A stretch of DNA of 64,000 nt from Vicugna vicugna (Eukaryota), in NCBI GenBank assembly GCA_013265495.1, contig MU063048.1, positions 3,472,001 to 3,536,000 of the forward strand, written 5' to 3'. Positions 13,200 to 22,810 of the stretch are shown piece by piece; position 1 is the first letter of the stretch, and the number at the start of each line of letters is the position of its first letter. The position numbers were made by a program, and so were the translations under genes. Below the pieces are notes generated by a model, which did no database searches, had not been told where the DNA came from, and saw only the letters and a list, made by a program, of their open reading frames with translations.

Positions 13200-13761
13200 N
13201 NNNNNNNNNNNNNNNNNNNNNNNNNNNNNNNNNNNNNNNNNNNNNNNNNNNNNNNNNNNNNNNNNNNNNNNNNNNNNNNNNNNNNNNNNNNNNNNNNNNN
13301 NNNNNNNNNNNNNNNNNNNNNNNNNNNNNNNNNNNNNNNNNNNNNNNNNNNNNNNNNNNNNNNNNNNNNNNNNNNNNNNNNNNNNNNNNNNNNNNNNNNN
13401 NNNNNNNNNNNNNNNNNNNNNNNNNNNNNNNNNNNNNNNNNNNNNNNNNNNNNNNNNNNNNNNNNNNNNNNNNNNNNNNNNNNNNNNNNNNNNNNNNNNN
13501 NNNNNNNNNNNNNNNNNNNNNNNNNNNNNNNNNNNNNNNNNNNNNNNNNNNNNNNNNNNNNNNNNNNNNNNNNNNNNNNNNNNNNNNNNNNNNNNNNNNN
13601 NNNNNNNNNNNNNNNNNNNNNNNNNNNNNNNNNNNNNNNNNNNNNNNNNNNNNNNNNNNNNNNNNNNNNNNNNNNNNNNNNNNNNNNNNNNNNNNNNNNN
13701 NNNNNNNNNNNNNNNNNNNNNNNNNNNNNNNNNNNNNNNNNNNNNNNNNNNNNNNNNNNNN
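13200..13761. other. Assembly gap (562 N)
   Basis: Run of n. Confidence 1.
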
Positions 13762-13842
13762 TCGCCACATCATCACCATCATCACTATCATCGCCATCAT
13801 CACCATCATTACCACCATTATCATCACCACTATCATCATTAT
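13762..13842. repeat. Degenerate (CAT/CAC)n trinucleotide array abutting the gap
   Basis: catcatcaccatcatcactatcatcgccatcatcaccatcattaccacc... Confidence 0.9.
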
Positions 13843-14854
13843 ATCCTGGTCTCTGGGCCAACTGTCAGGGATTCAAAGATGAATCAATCTTTGCCCATTT
13901 GAGGCCTACAGTCTAGTGGGAAATCAATGAGAAAGAAAGCTTAGGAAAGTGTTGCAGGCTGTACTAGGGTGGGGGTCTGTGCTGCCTGCTGAGCAAGTGT
14001 CAGGGTTGGGGGGGGGTTGCCTGAGGAGACTGAAGGGCAGTTTCTTGTACTTTTATTTAAAAGAGAAAGTTACAAACTCCGAGGCTCTAATCTCTAATTG
14101 TGGTTTTCCACAAATTTACTAAACATGCCTCTGTGTTTGAAGGTCCTTATCTGAAAAATGGAAATGCTCTGAACCTACGGGACTGCCCTTTGGGTTGTTT
14201 AAAAGTACATTTACAATTTGTCTCCATATCTATGAGCTGCACCTCCATGCTGTTTCATGCTTGCAAGTCACCCTCAGGCAAATTTGCTCTCTTCCCAAAG
14301 GAAAAAAAGACAGATTCTTTGGACATCCAGACAATGTCATTAATTCACAATGCTCAGCGTCAGAACTTGTGATAATTTGGGTGGGCTGGGCTAATGTTTA
14401 CCTTTTGCGTGGTGTTTGGAAAGGGTTTGCTAAGCTGAATCAGAGAAGCCAGGACTTGGAGAAGAATGTTTATCTCCTTGGGAAAAGGGCCGTCTGTTCT
14501 AAGCAAAGTAAAAGCCCCAATTATAAACGCTTACTTTAGGCTCCTACTTTCTGGTTTACAAAACCCACTCACATATTGCCTCTCCTTTTTATTTGATTTA
14601 TATGTGAGCTACATCCAGACAACATAAGCAGAGGTCAAGGGTGACCTATGTGGTACCAATAGCCTTTCATCTCTTCATGACGATGGGCCTTCTTCTACAG
14701 ACAGTGCCAGAGTTTTATAAAGTTTCTTTAAAAATAGTGAGTTCATTTCCTTCCAAATACTCTAGCCTGCACAGGGTCTCATTAATTCAGACTGCTCTGC
14801 CCTCTAAATTACTATTTATTTTGGTATTTTTTTCTGTGTTTGAATTGTGCAATA

Positions 14855-15047
14855 TAGTGGTTCTCAATCTGGGGCGAGTTCAGCAATTTCTGGAGGCATT
14901 TTGGGTGTCACCACTGGGAGGGGGCACTGCGGACATCTGGTGGGCAGAAGCCGGGTGCTGCTAACCATCCTGTAGTACTCAGGACATTCTCCGTGACAAA
15001 GAGTGACCCGCCCCGAGGGGCAGCAGTGCTGAGGTCGGGGGATCCTG
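14855..15047 (+). mobile_element. MER20 (hAT-Charlie) DNA transposon relic
   Basis: tagtggttctcaa...caatttctggaggcattttgggtgtcaccactgggaggggg...ggacatctggtgggcagaagcc...gctgctaaccatcct...cagtgctgaggtc matches the MER20 pattern. Confidence 0.8.
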
Positions 15048-15095
15048 ATGCTGTGTGTGAATTCGATTTCTCATTACTCAATCGTGTGTCCACAG

Positions 15096-15174
15096 GCTAA
15101 GGAGCAGGTGTGGTCACACCCCGGCCTGAAGGGAACAGCACCTGCCAAAGATGAAAGGACAGCGCCCCCCACAG
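15096..15174 (+). CDS. MYLK4: MYLK4 exon 3 (AKEQVWSHPGLKGTAPAKDERTAPPT), phase 0 to 1
   Basis: ccacag|gctaag acceptor and acag|gtaacc donor; resembles human AKEVWSNADLTERMPVKSKRTSALA (recalled); joins exon 4 in frame. Confidence 0.85.
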
Positions 15175-15512
15175 GTAACCTCTTTAGGAGACTGGATGTT
15201 TATGGACGAGGAAAGCCCTGTGACCCGAGTCCTGTGCTGTGGTTCTTACTCAGAGGAGGCACCTGTTCCTGACGCCTGTGTTGGGAGAAGTGCGGTCTGA
15301 ATCCGGGGCTTTGACTGGTGTGGGTCCTGCTAGTTACAGACTAGAAAGTCTTCGGGAGCCCACTGGTCACGTTCATGCCCACTTTGCTTTCCCAAAGCTT
15401 GTATCAGCCGACAAAGAGAAACCCGGACAGGGAGGCCACTGGGTGAAGCCGCGCTTATACTGACCACCTGTGTCCTCCATTAAAATGTTTTGTGTCCTAT
15501 GGTGGCTTTTAG

Positions 15513-15963
15513 AGAGATCTTCCCCGAAGAGCCAGCTCTCCTCTGAGAAAGACAAGTTTAATAAACTCAACAAGGAAAACGCTGAGAAGACCAGTGCCTC
15601 TCTAGTTCCGAGAAGTTTTGCCACGTTTCACACTGAAAGATCACAAGATGAAGTAAAAGCTTTTGCTTTAAGAAATCCCACAAAGACAAAAGAAAATGTG
15701 GACGGACGAGGCAGTCCATGCCCAGAGAGCCGGAGCGGACAAGAGAATATCAGCCCTGGGAGTGGTCAGCCAAGCCCTGTGGGTGCCAGTGAACGTCCCG
15801 TGTGCAAAGGGGAGAGAAATGGGCTTGGTTCTCAGGAAGAGCCTGGTGACGGAGAAGCTAAGGGAAGAGGAGAACCCGCGACTGCACATGACACGGCGCC
15901 GGACAAGAGTTCCAGGGAAGAGCAGCGTGTTCACAGAGCGAACGGTGGTCAATTCTACGAAAG
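15513..15963 (+). CDS. MYLK4: Candidate alternative MYLK4 exon A (451 nt, phase 1 to 2), charged/disordered N-terminal region
   Basis: gcttttag|agagatc acceptor and gaaag|gtaggg donor; open throughout (ORF 15470-15967); phase matches the exon 3 end and the exon B start. Confidence 0.7.
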
Positions 15964-17074
15964 GTAGGGCTCAGAGCATCGTATCTGCAGCCGACGCTTC
16001 CTGCAGGGCCGCGCGCCGTCTCAATTTAAGGCCGTAGCAAAGGATAGCTGACGCCACTCTTTAAAGCAGTGGTTTGAGAGCCCAGCTGTGTGGCTCTTTC
16101 TTGTCATCATTTATCCTTCTTGCCTGTGACATTTCCAGGCACTTTATTGTCTTCTTAGCCTTCTACCAACGGACAGGCAGAGATCATGATTACTAGGAAT
16201 TGCATCCAGTATTTTTAAAAGATCAGGTAAAAAGCTCTTATTTTTTGCAGTATCGAGCACAAAAAAACTGGACAATGACCAGATTTATAAATTGGCTCTT
16301 TTCCCCCAGAACGGTGAGGCTTGAGTAAGAAGTGGATTACTGAATGATTCTCCCTGAATTGTAAAGTTTCACACATAATTCAGGCAGTTGTGTGGCTGAT
16401 TAAAATGAATTAAACTACGTTATGATAAGCCACAGGATCTATTTGGAGCAGAGAGCACCCAATCCAAACCCCCGTGGTCTTTTTAGAGATTGAAGGTATA
16501 ATTCTTTTTTCATTTTTAAATAACGTATTTGAAACCTAGTTGTAGACAAATCTAGTTTCCCAAGAATTAAACATAAACTCTAATGTTTACTAAGAAAGTC
16601 CACCGCTCCAAAGATGTGCTTAGTAAGGTCTGGAGCTGCTGAAAAAACCTGAAATTAGGTCAAATGTTTCACCAATAAAGGCTTCTTCTCACGGCTGTTT
16701 CTGTTCAGAGACCATTCTTCCTCCATGTGGTCACTTGTCTCTTCTTTAAGGAAAGGAACTGAAAAATGAAAATCAAATTAGGTAGTTGTAAAACGCTTCA
16801 TAAAAGGTCAGAGGACTAACGTGGATCACAGTGAGGTCATTAGGGAGAGTCTCTGGGATCCCGGTCCCCTCCACCTGTCACCGTGCTGCTTGGGTTTGAT
16901 GGGGACACGTCCTGCTCCACCTTAACCCAGACCCTGCCATCGCCAACTCTCCATCACGAAGCTCGCATCCCGTCACCAAAACACCACTGAGAAGGCTGTA
17001 GTGCTCAGAAATTTGGCCATCTGAAAGTTTTCTCCCGGAAGCTTGGAGAGCTGTGGCTGGATTTTATCTTCCAG

Positions 17075-17313
17075 GTGTATCAACAGCGTACAAACCATTT
17101 CTACATCACGAACCTCAGGAAACTCAGCAACAGGACCCGTCTTGCGGGATGCGGACCCAGCAGAGCCCACAGGCGGCAGCAAGCGGAGAGGGACGGAGGA
17201 GGGCTGCGTCCAGGAAGAGCACAAGAGGAGCAGAGTAGACGCGGCTGGAGTGGGCAGAGGACACGCAGGGAGGACCCCCCCGGAGACCGGCCCAGTCCAG
17301 GGGTGCCCACCAG
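17075..17313 (+). CDS. MYLK4: Candidate alternative MYLK4 exon B (239 nt, phase 2 to 1; 3' end uncertain, GC donor)
   Basis: ttttatcttccag|gtgtatc acceptor in phase 2 of ORF 17043-17486; encodes GSKRRGTEEGCVQEEHKRSRV; best phase-1 donor is ccag|GCaagg at 17314. Confidence 0.6.
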
Positions 17314-18551
17314 GCAAGGCCCCCATGGCCGCTGGAGCCCAGGGTTCCAGGCAGCCTGACCCAGCAACCCCGCAGGCAGGACACAGCTTCTGTCCCAGCC
17401 CTTTAAAGCTTCCTAACCTCTCCCAGCAACCCTTCCCACTAAACGTCACTCAGCCTGACAGTCGGAGGGGGCAGAATGCCACGTGATGACATTTATGTGC
17501 ATCATTCACTTTTTTTTTTTTTTTGGTCTGAAGAGGTGAATGCCACCAAGAGAATTCTTTCTTGACGTCTTCATTTTTCAGCCTACTTATGGGGTGAGGG
17601 GAGAATGTCCCCATCAAATCAGATGCCTGCAGATTTATATTATCAGAAGCTTAAAAAATATTAACCCTTGGCAGTGTGCCTAGCACAAAAGTGCCCAAGA
17701 ATGATATTTTGAATAAGTGTAAAATTCTGAAAGCAGACTTACTGTCTCCTCACCTCCCTTGGTGTCCTCTGTGTGCACGTGAGAAGTGTACACAGCAGGT
17801 GCTTAGACAGTGAATCACTGGGGGAAATGAACAGGTTCGTGGCAAGACAATCTTAACAGCAGTGATCAGAGGAAGCAGAGAGTAGACTGCAAGACGCTGG
17901 TGAGTAATGACGCATTCTAGAACGGATCCCGAGGTGGACTACACTTTAAATGCTTAGGCTGAACGCTAGGAAGAGGGAGCCGTTTGAGAGCCGCAGACTA
18001 TCTACTTAGCCAGTTTTACCACGTGTTTTATTTCAAGCCAGAAAAGTTCATCTTTGTGCCTTAAACGTCTCTGAAATACAGGCTAAAGTATTTTGGAAAG
18101 TCATACATAGCTTTCAATGACATGAAGACATTTTTCATTTTTCTCTCTGCTTTAATGAAAATGCTGGACTCTATCGGTGGTGCGTTTTTAAAAATCGGTG
18201 GAACGGTTTCTCACGTTTGAAATGAAATGTCTCAGGCCTGGAAGTGTTACCTGTTTGGACCATATTGGGATTGGAGATGGTCAACCGTTTTGCTTTTTCG
18301 TTTGTTTCCGAAGGTTGTCCTGAAGGAGGGATGAACCACGGCTCAGGGGTCCTGGCATCCTTTCTGAAAGGCGTCAGTGTCCCCTTTGTGATTCACAGAT
18401 CGTAGCACAAAGTGAACATTTGTACTCCCTGGGTCTTAGGGCAGATGGCCTGCTGTGTCTTCTTAGTAAATGAATTAAATGAGCACATGTGTGCTGAGGC
18501 CCGAGCTTGGACTTCAGACCGCTTCACGCTGCCCTGTCCTCTCACTCCTAG

Positions 18552-18657
18552 GTGACGCCCCGGCGCCTCCCGCCCCGTTCGACCACCGTATTGTCACTGC
18601 CAAGCAAGCCGCCGTCAACAGTTTTTATACCGTGAGCAGGACAGAGATTTTAGGAGG
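18552..18657 (+). CDS. MYLK4: MYLK4 exon 4 (GDAPAPPAPFDHRIVTAKQAAVNSFYTVSRTEILGG), phase 1 to 2
   Basis: cctag|gtgac acceptor and ggagg|gtaagt donor; MLCK-family PAPFDHR motif. Confidence 0.96.
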
Positions 18658-20752
18658 GTAAGTAACGCTCAGCTTCAACATTCTTCCCGCCAAAGGAGAG
18701 CGCCTTCGAAGAGACAGAGCTCAGGATTTCACAAGTATTTGCCAGTCTCGATCTGAGGACCAGAAACGTCGTAAGCACTTTAAGAGGTTTTAACCGTTTC
18801 TGAAAATTGTCACCGATGCCAGAAAGGTTGATGTGGTGTCGGTGACCAAGCGCCACATTTGTTATCTGCTTCACTTCCCACGTTGTCATGTCTTGGTGGG
18901 GGGGGGGATGGTCCAGCGTGAGTCACCAGAAGGTTTCGAAGCTGCCCGAAGCTTGAAAACTGGGGAACAAAGTGCAGAAGTGAGAGGACACTCAGTTTCT
19001 CATGGCATGTGTTAAATCTTTCTTTTAAAATCATGGCTGGTTTTCTGTTGATGCTGTTACTGTGTGAGGTACTGTGGTTTGTTTCGGTCGGCTGCTTGCC
19101 TCGCTGAAGGGCTTACGGCAAGGCGTCCACACCCATCTCACCCCCGAAGGAAGAGTCGGGGCAGGCTCGTCACTGGGGGGAGTTCCTTCTTCTGCCGCAG
19201 TCACAGGCCCCCTGGGAGACCCTGCCACTCACGGCCTAAACTGCTAAGCTGACCCCCATCGCTGGATCTGTGTGAAACAGGAGGAGAGCCGGCAGTGCAC
19301 ACCAACCTGTGTGGGACCGACCTTCGAGCGCGAAGGGCGTGTGTGGCCGGGAGTGCCGGGTGGGGCCGCTGACCGCAGAGCTGCTCCTCCTTCGCCTCTT
19401 CCCCCCGGGACCCCCTGCGCTTCTGCCTCCTCCGCCGGCTGACGGTGGAGAAGCCCGTCCTGTGGGGACGGGCTGGGGGGAGGTGGGTGCTGGAGCAGTT
19501 GCAGGTGCCCTGGGGCTCTGCACACAGCAGCTTTTCTGGGTCTGAGGGACATCGGTGGCCAGCCAGCGACGGTGTCTCTGAAGGAGGGTAGTTACTCGCA
19601 GAAGCGGCTTTGACACAACCCCCGGGTTGGTGCCTGATTCTGGTCCAGGTCCGTCAGGGACTCTTAGAGTTTCCTTCCTGCCCCTTTGGGCAGCGTGGGT
19701 CGTCAGTCATCCTGCAGGCGGGACCGGCTTCCCGGCACCCGGTCCTGGGCTCCATAAGTAAGTGGGAGGAGCAGGGTCGTGTGTGTGTTTGCCCTAAAAT
19801 GCACAGAGGCCGTCAGCGGGTGTACCTCCTTTGCAGTAGAGGGGCATCAAGACAGCAAATTATTTTTCACCTTCGGCAGAGATATTACAGCGTGGCAAGG
19901 ACTCCCCCGCTGAGGCCTGTAGGGTGTTTGTGGTCCCTGCTTCTGCGCTCAGTGGGCGTGAGGTCATCAGCCTGGTGGACCAGCGGGGGTCCCGCGAGGC
20001 CACCTCCGCACTGAAGGCCGTGTGCAGTGAACCGCACGAGGAGACAGACAGGGTCTCTCTCAGCTGGGCCAGGCTGTCCTGGGGGCCGTGGCTAATTACG
20101 GGGAGAAAGCCTTCTCTCAGTGAGCTGCCGCACCTGCGCTCCTGTTCACATGCTCCCGGAAAGAACCTCATCTCAGCGGCGGGCGGAATTGAGTCACACT
20201 TGGCTGTGTTTATGGTAATGTCATTCCCCAAGACCCAGCTGCCTCTGCGCAGGGAGTGTGGCTGAGTAGGGTGGGAGGTGGTGGCCTCGCCCTGCCTCTG
20301 TCTGCTGGTGCCACGACCCTCCCCTCGGCAGCCCCCAGGGCTTCAGGTCCACGATGTCAGGGAAGCTCCCCTTCCACTCCTGCATGTGGCCATCACTGCA
20401 CAGGCAGACACCTGGGGCCCATCTGTTTAACTAAATCAGGAGTCACAGCGAGCAAGTCCAACTTGAAAATTGTTCATGAGTGTGCCTTTCGGTATGTGAT
20501 GACAATCGTTAAGAAGCTGTCTTACAAAGGATTTATATCCAAGAGAAGCTGCCAAGTCTCACAGCTGAATATGTAATATGTATTTTGATTACATGCATCT
20601 ATATGCAATTTTGTTATTACTTCTTATTTGTTTGTATGCAGTTCCCCAAAATAACTTGATGTGCCTGACCTCTAGTCTGTGTGGCTCCTGTGCTTACAGA
20701 GCCCAGCTTATGGCATTGATATGGATTTGGAAAGATTCTGTTTTTTTTCTAG

Positions 20753-20945
20753 GACAGAAGCTCTCAAATTTTAGGGTGCATATGACTCACCCAAGCGGCG
20801 TTGTGAAAGTGCAGATCCTGGGGCCTCGCCCGGCCTTCCTGCATCAGCAGGTCTGGGGTGGGCCCCGGAGAATCGCTCCCCGGGGTGCATATCAGAACTT
20901 GGCACTTCTCTAGAAGATGCTGGCTGCAGCAGGTGCACAGCAGGC
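20753..20945. mobile_element. MER5A-like DNA transposon relic
   Basis: ctctcaaattttagggtgcatatgactcacc...gcagatcctggggcc...cagcaggtctggggtgggccccggagaatc; boundaries approximate. Confidence 0.65.
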
Positions 20946-21045
20946 TTGCTCATTCACACTCAGAGAGAGCCCACTGGGCAGGGGCTGCAGCCAGGCCCTG
21001 GCAGGGACAGAGCCTCAGCTGGGCCATTGTCCTCTTCCTCTACAG

Positions 21046-21139
21046 GGGACGCTTCGGCCAGGTTCACAAGTGTGAAGAGAAAGCCACGGGCCTGAAGCTG
21101 GCGGCCAAGATCATCAGGACGAGAGGCACGAAGGACAAG
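21046..21139 (+). CDS. MYLK4: MYLK4 exon 5 (GRFGQVHKCEEKATGLKLAAKIIRTRGTKDK)
   Basis: tacag|gggac acceptor and caag|gtgagg donor; glycine loop and catalytic lysine. Confidence 0.97.
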
Positions 21140-21214
21140 GTGAGGGCCGTGCTGGGGGGGCGCCTCCCTCGCCGTGGTGCCTGTGGCACTAACGCAGCCC
21201 TCCCCTCCTCCCAG

Positions 21215-21324
21215 GACGAGGTGAAGAACGAGATCAGCGTCATGAACCAGCTGGACCACGTGAACCTCGTTCAGCTCTACGATGCCTTCGAGTCCAAGAA
21301 CGACATCGTGCTGGTCATGGAGTA
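21215..21324 (+). CDS. MYLK4: MYLK4 exon 6 (DEVKNEISVMNQLDHVNLVQLYDAFESKNDIVLVME)
   Basis: cccag|gacgag acceptor and gagta|gtatgt donor; alphaC glutamate and gatekeeper region. Confidence 0.97.
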
Positions 21325-22188
21325 GTATGTCCCGCCCCGCCCGCCACCCCCACCCACAGGTGCAGCTCAGCCCCGCCTCGGGAGTCCTGCAGCCAGCGCT
21401 GCGGCCCCCGGATTCTGACTTGCCCGCGTCAGAATCTCATCTGCCCCAGGAAGGAACTCACTTAGGAACAGGAGCCCCGGGTGAGGCGTGGCTGACAAGG
21501 GGTGGGACGTGGGTCAGCCTCTGTCTAAGCTGTGCTGTCCAAACCCCAGCTTCGCCTTTGTTCCGGGGAAGCTGAGGAGGGTGACTCCTGAACTGCCTCT
21601 CACTTTCAACCTGATTGCTAATACAGAGTTCATGACAAAGTCTTAGTAATTAAGGCTGAGAAGCTTCCACTTAAAATCACCTTTATAAAAATTTAATAAG
21701 TGTCTACGTAGAAAGTGAGTTGTTTTGACTGATGCTGCATCGGTATTTGTGATTCACTTCATTCCTCCCACTGTTTTGGGTTTTGTTCATCACCGTGCAG
21801 TGAGAAGTCTGGACAATGAATGCCCAGCAGCCGGCACATAAAAGTGCTTTATCACTGACGTCGGTCTGAGGAGACCCCATCCACCCTTCACGTGGTGTGC
21901 GGAATTCCCTCCCTGCCTCCTGAGAGTCCCCTTTATGTTCTGTCTGTGCTAGACGGTGGCGGCGAGGGCTCGCTCCAGAGCTGTAGCCACAAGATGAAAG
22001 GAACTGAGACCTTCCATTTGGGAAACCGATGGTGGCTAAGATAAGGGCCTTCAGCGTAAGAGACACTGGACTGAGAAGGCAGAGAAATAACTGCATGCAC
22101 ATCTGTTGGGAGAGTCTGAGCTTAGACGGGAGAATCACCCGCTCATCAAGGGGTTGTGGCTCAGGACGTCCCCTCTCTTCCCCTGCAG

Positions 22189-22330
22189 TGTGGACGGAGG
22201 GGAGCTGTTCGATCGCATCATTGATGACAACTGCAATCTGACTGAGTTTGACACCATTCTGTTCATCAGGCAGATATGTGAAGGGATAAGACACATGCAC
22301 CAGATGAACATTCTCCACTTGGACCTGAAG
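22189..22330 (+). CDS. MYLK4: MYLK4 exon 7 (VDGGELFDRII...QMNILHLDLK)
   Basis: ctgcag|tgtgg acceptor and gaag|gtaggg donor; GGELFDRI and HLDLK motifs. Confidence 0.97.
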
Positions 22331-22590
22331 GTAGGGTGTGTTTTGTATCATATGAAATGAAACCCTTCCCAGACCATTCCCTCATGTGGATCCATGGGCT
22401 CCGTCAGGTACTGCATGCCAGCTCGTGGTCCTGTCACTGAGTACGTATTCAGGAATTTAAAAAATTTGGATTCTTAGCCTCATCTCCCCATCCCCAACTT
22501 CTGTTACCCGCTAATATGTGTATGTCTGCACCTTTAGGGACCACTGTTGGGATTCCTGTAACTTGCCTGTGTTCAAGGAATTCACATGGA

Positions 22591-22810
22591 NNNNNNNNNN
22601 NNNNNNNNNNNNNNNNNNNNNNNNNNNNNNNNNNNNNNNNNNNNNNNNNNNNNNNNNNNNNNNNNNNNNNNNNNNNNNNNNNNNNNNNNNNNNNNNNNNN
22701 NNNNNNNNNNNNNNNNNNNNNNNNNNNNNNNNNNNNNNNNNNNNNNNNNNNNNNNNNNNNNNNNNNNNNNNNNNNNNNNNNNNNNNNNNNNNNNNNNNNN
22801 NNNNNNNNNC
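22591..22810. other. Assembly gap (220 N) followed by (CAC)n
   Basis: Run of n, then caccaccaccact. Confidence 1.

Noticed and set aside
13049-13916. Four long ORFs (215-270 aa) across the first gap
   Set aside because: Artefacts of N runs translated as X plus triplet repeats.
16674-16679. AATAAA between candidate exons A and B
   Set aside because: Isolated hexamer in AT-rich intron without clear auxiliary elements.
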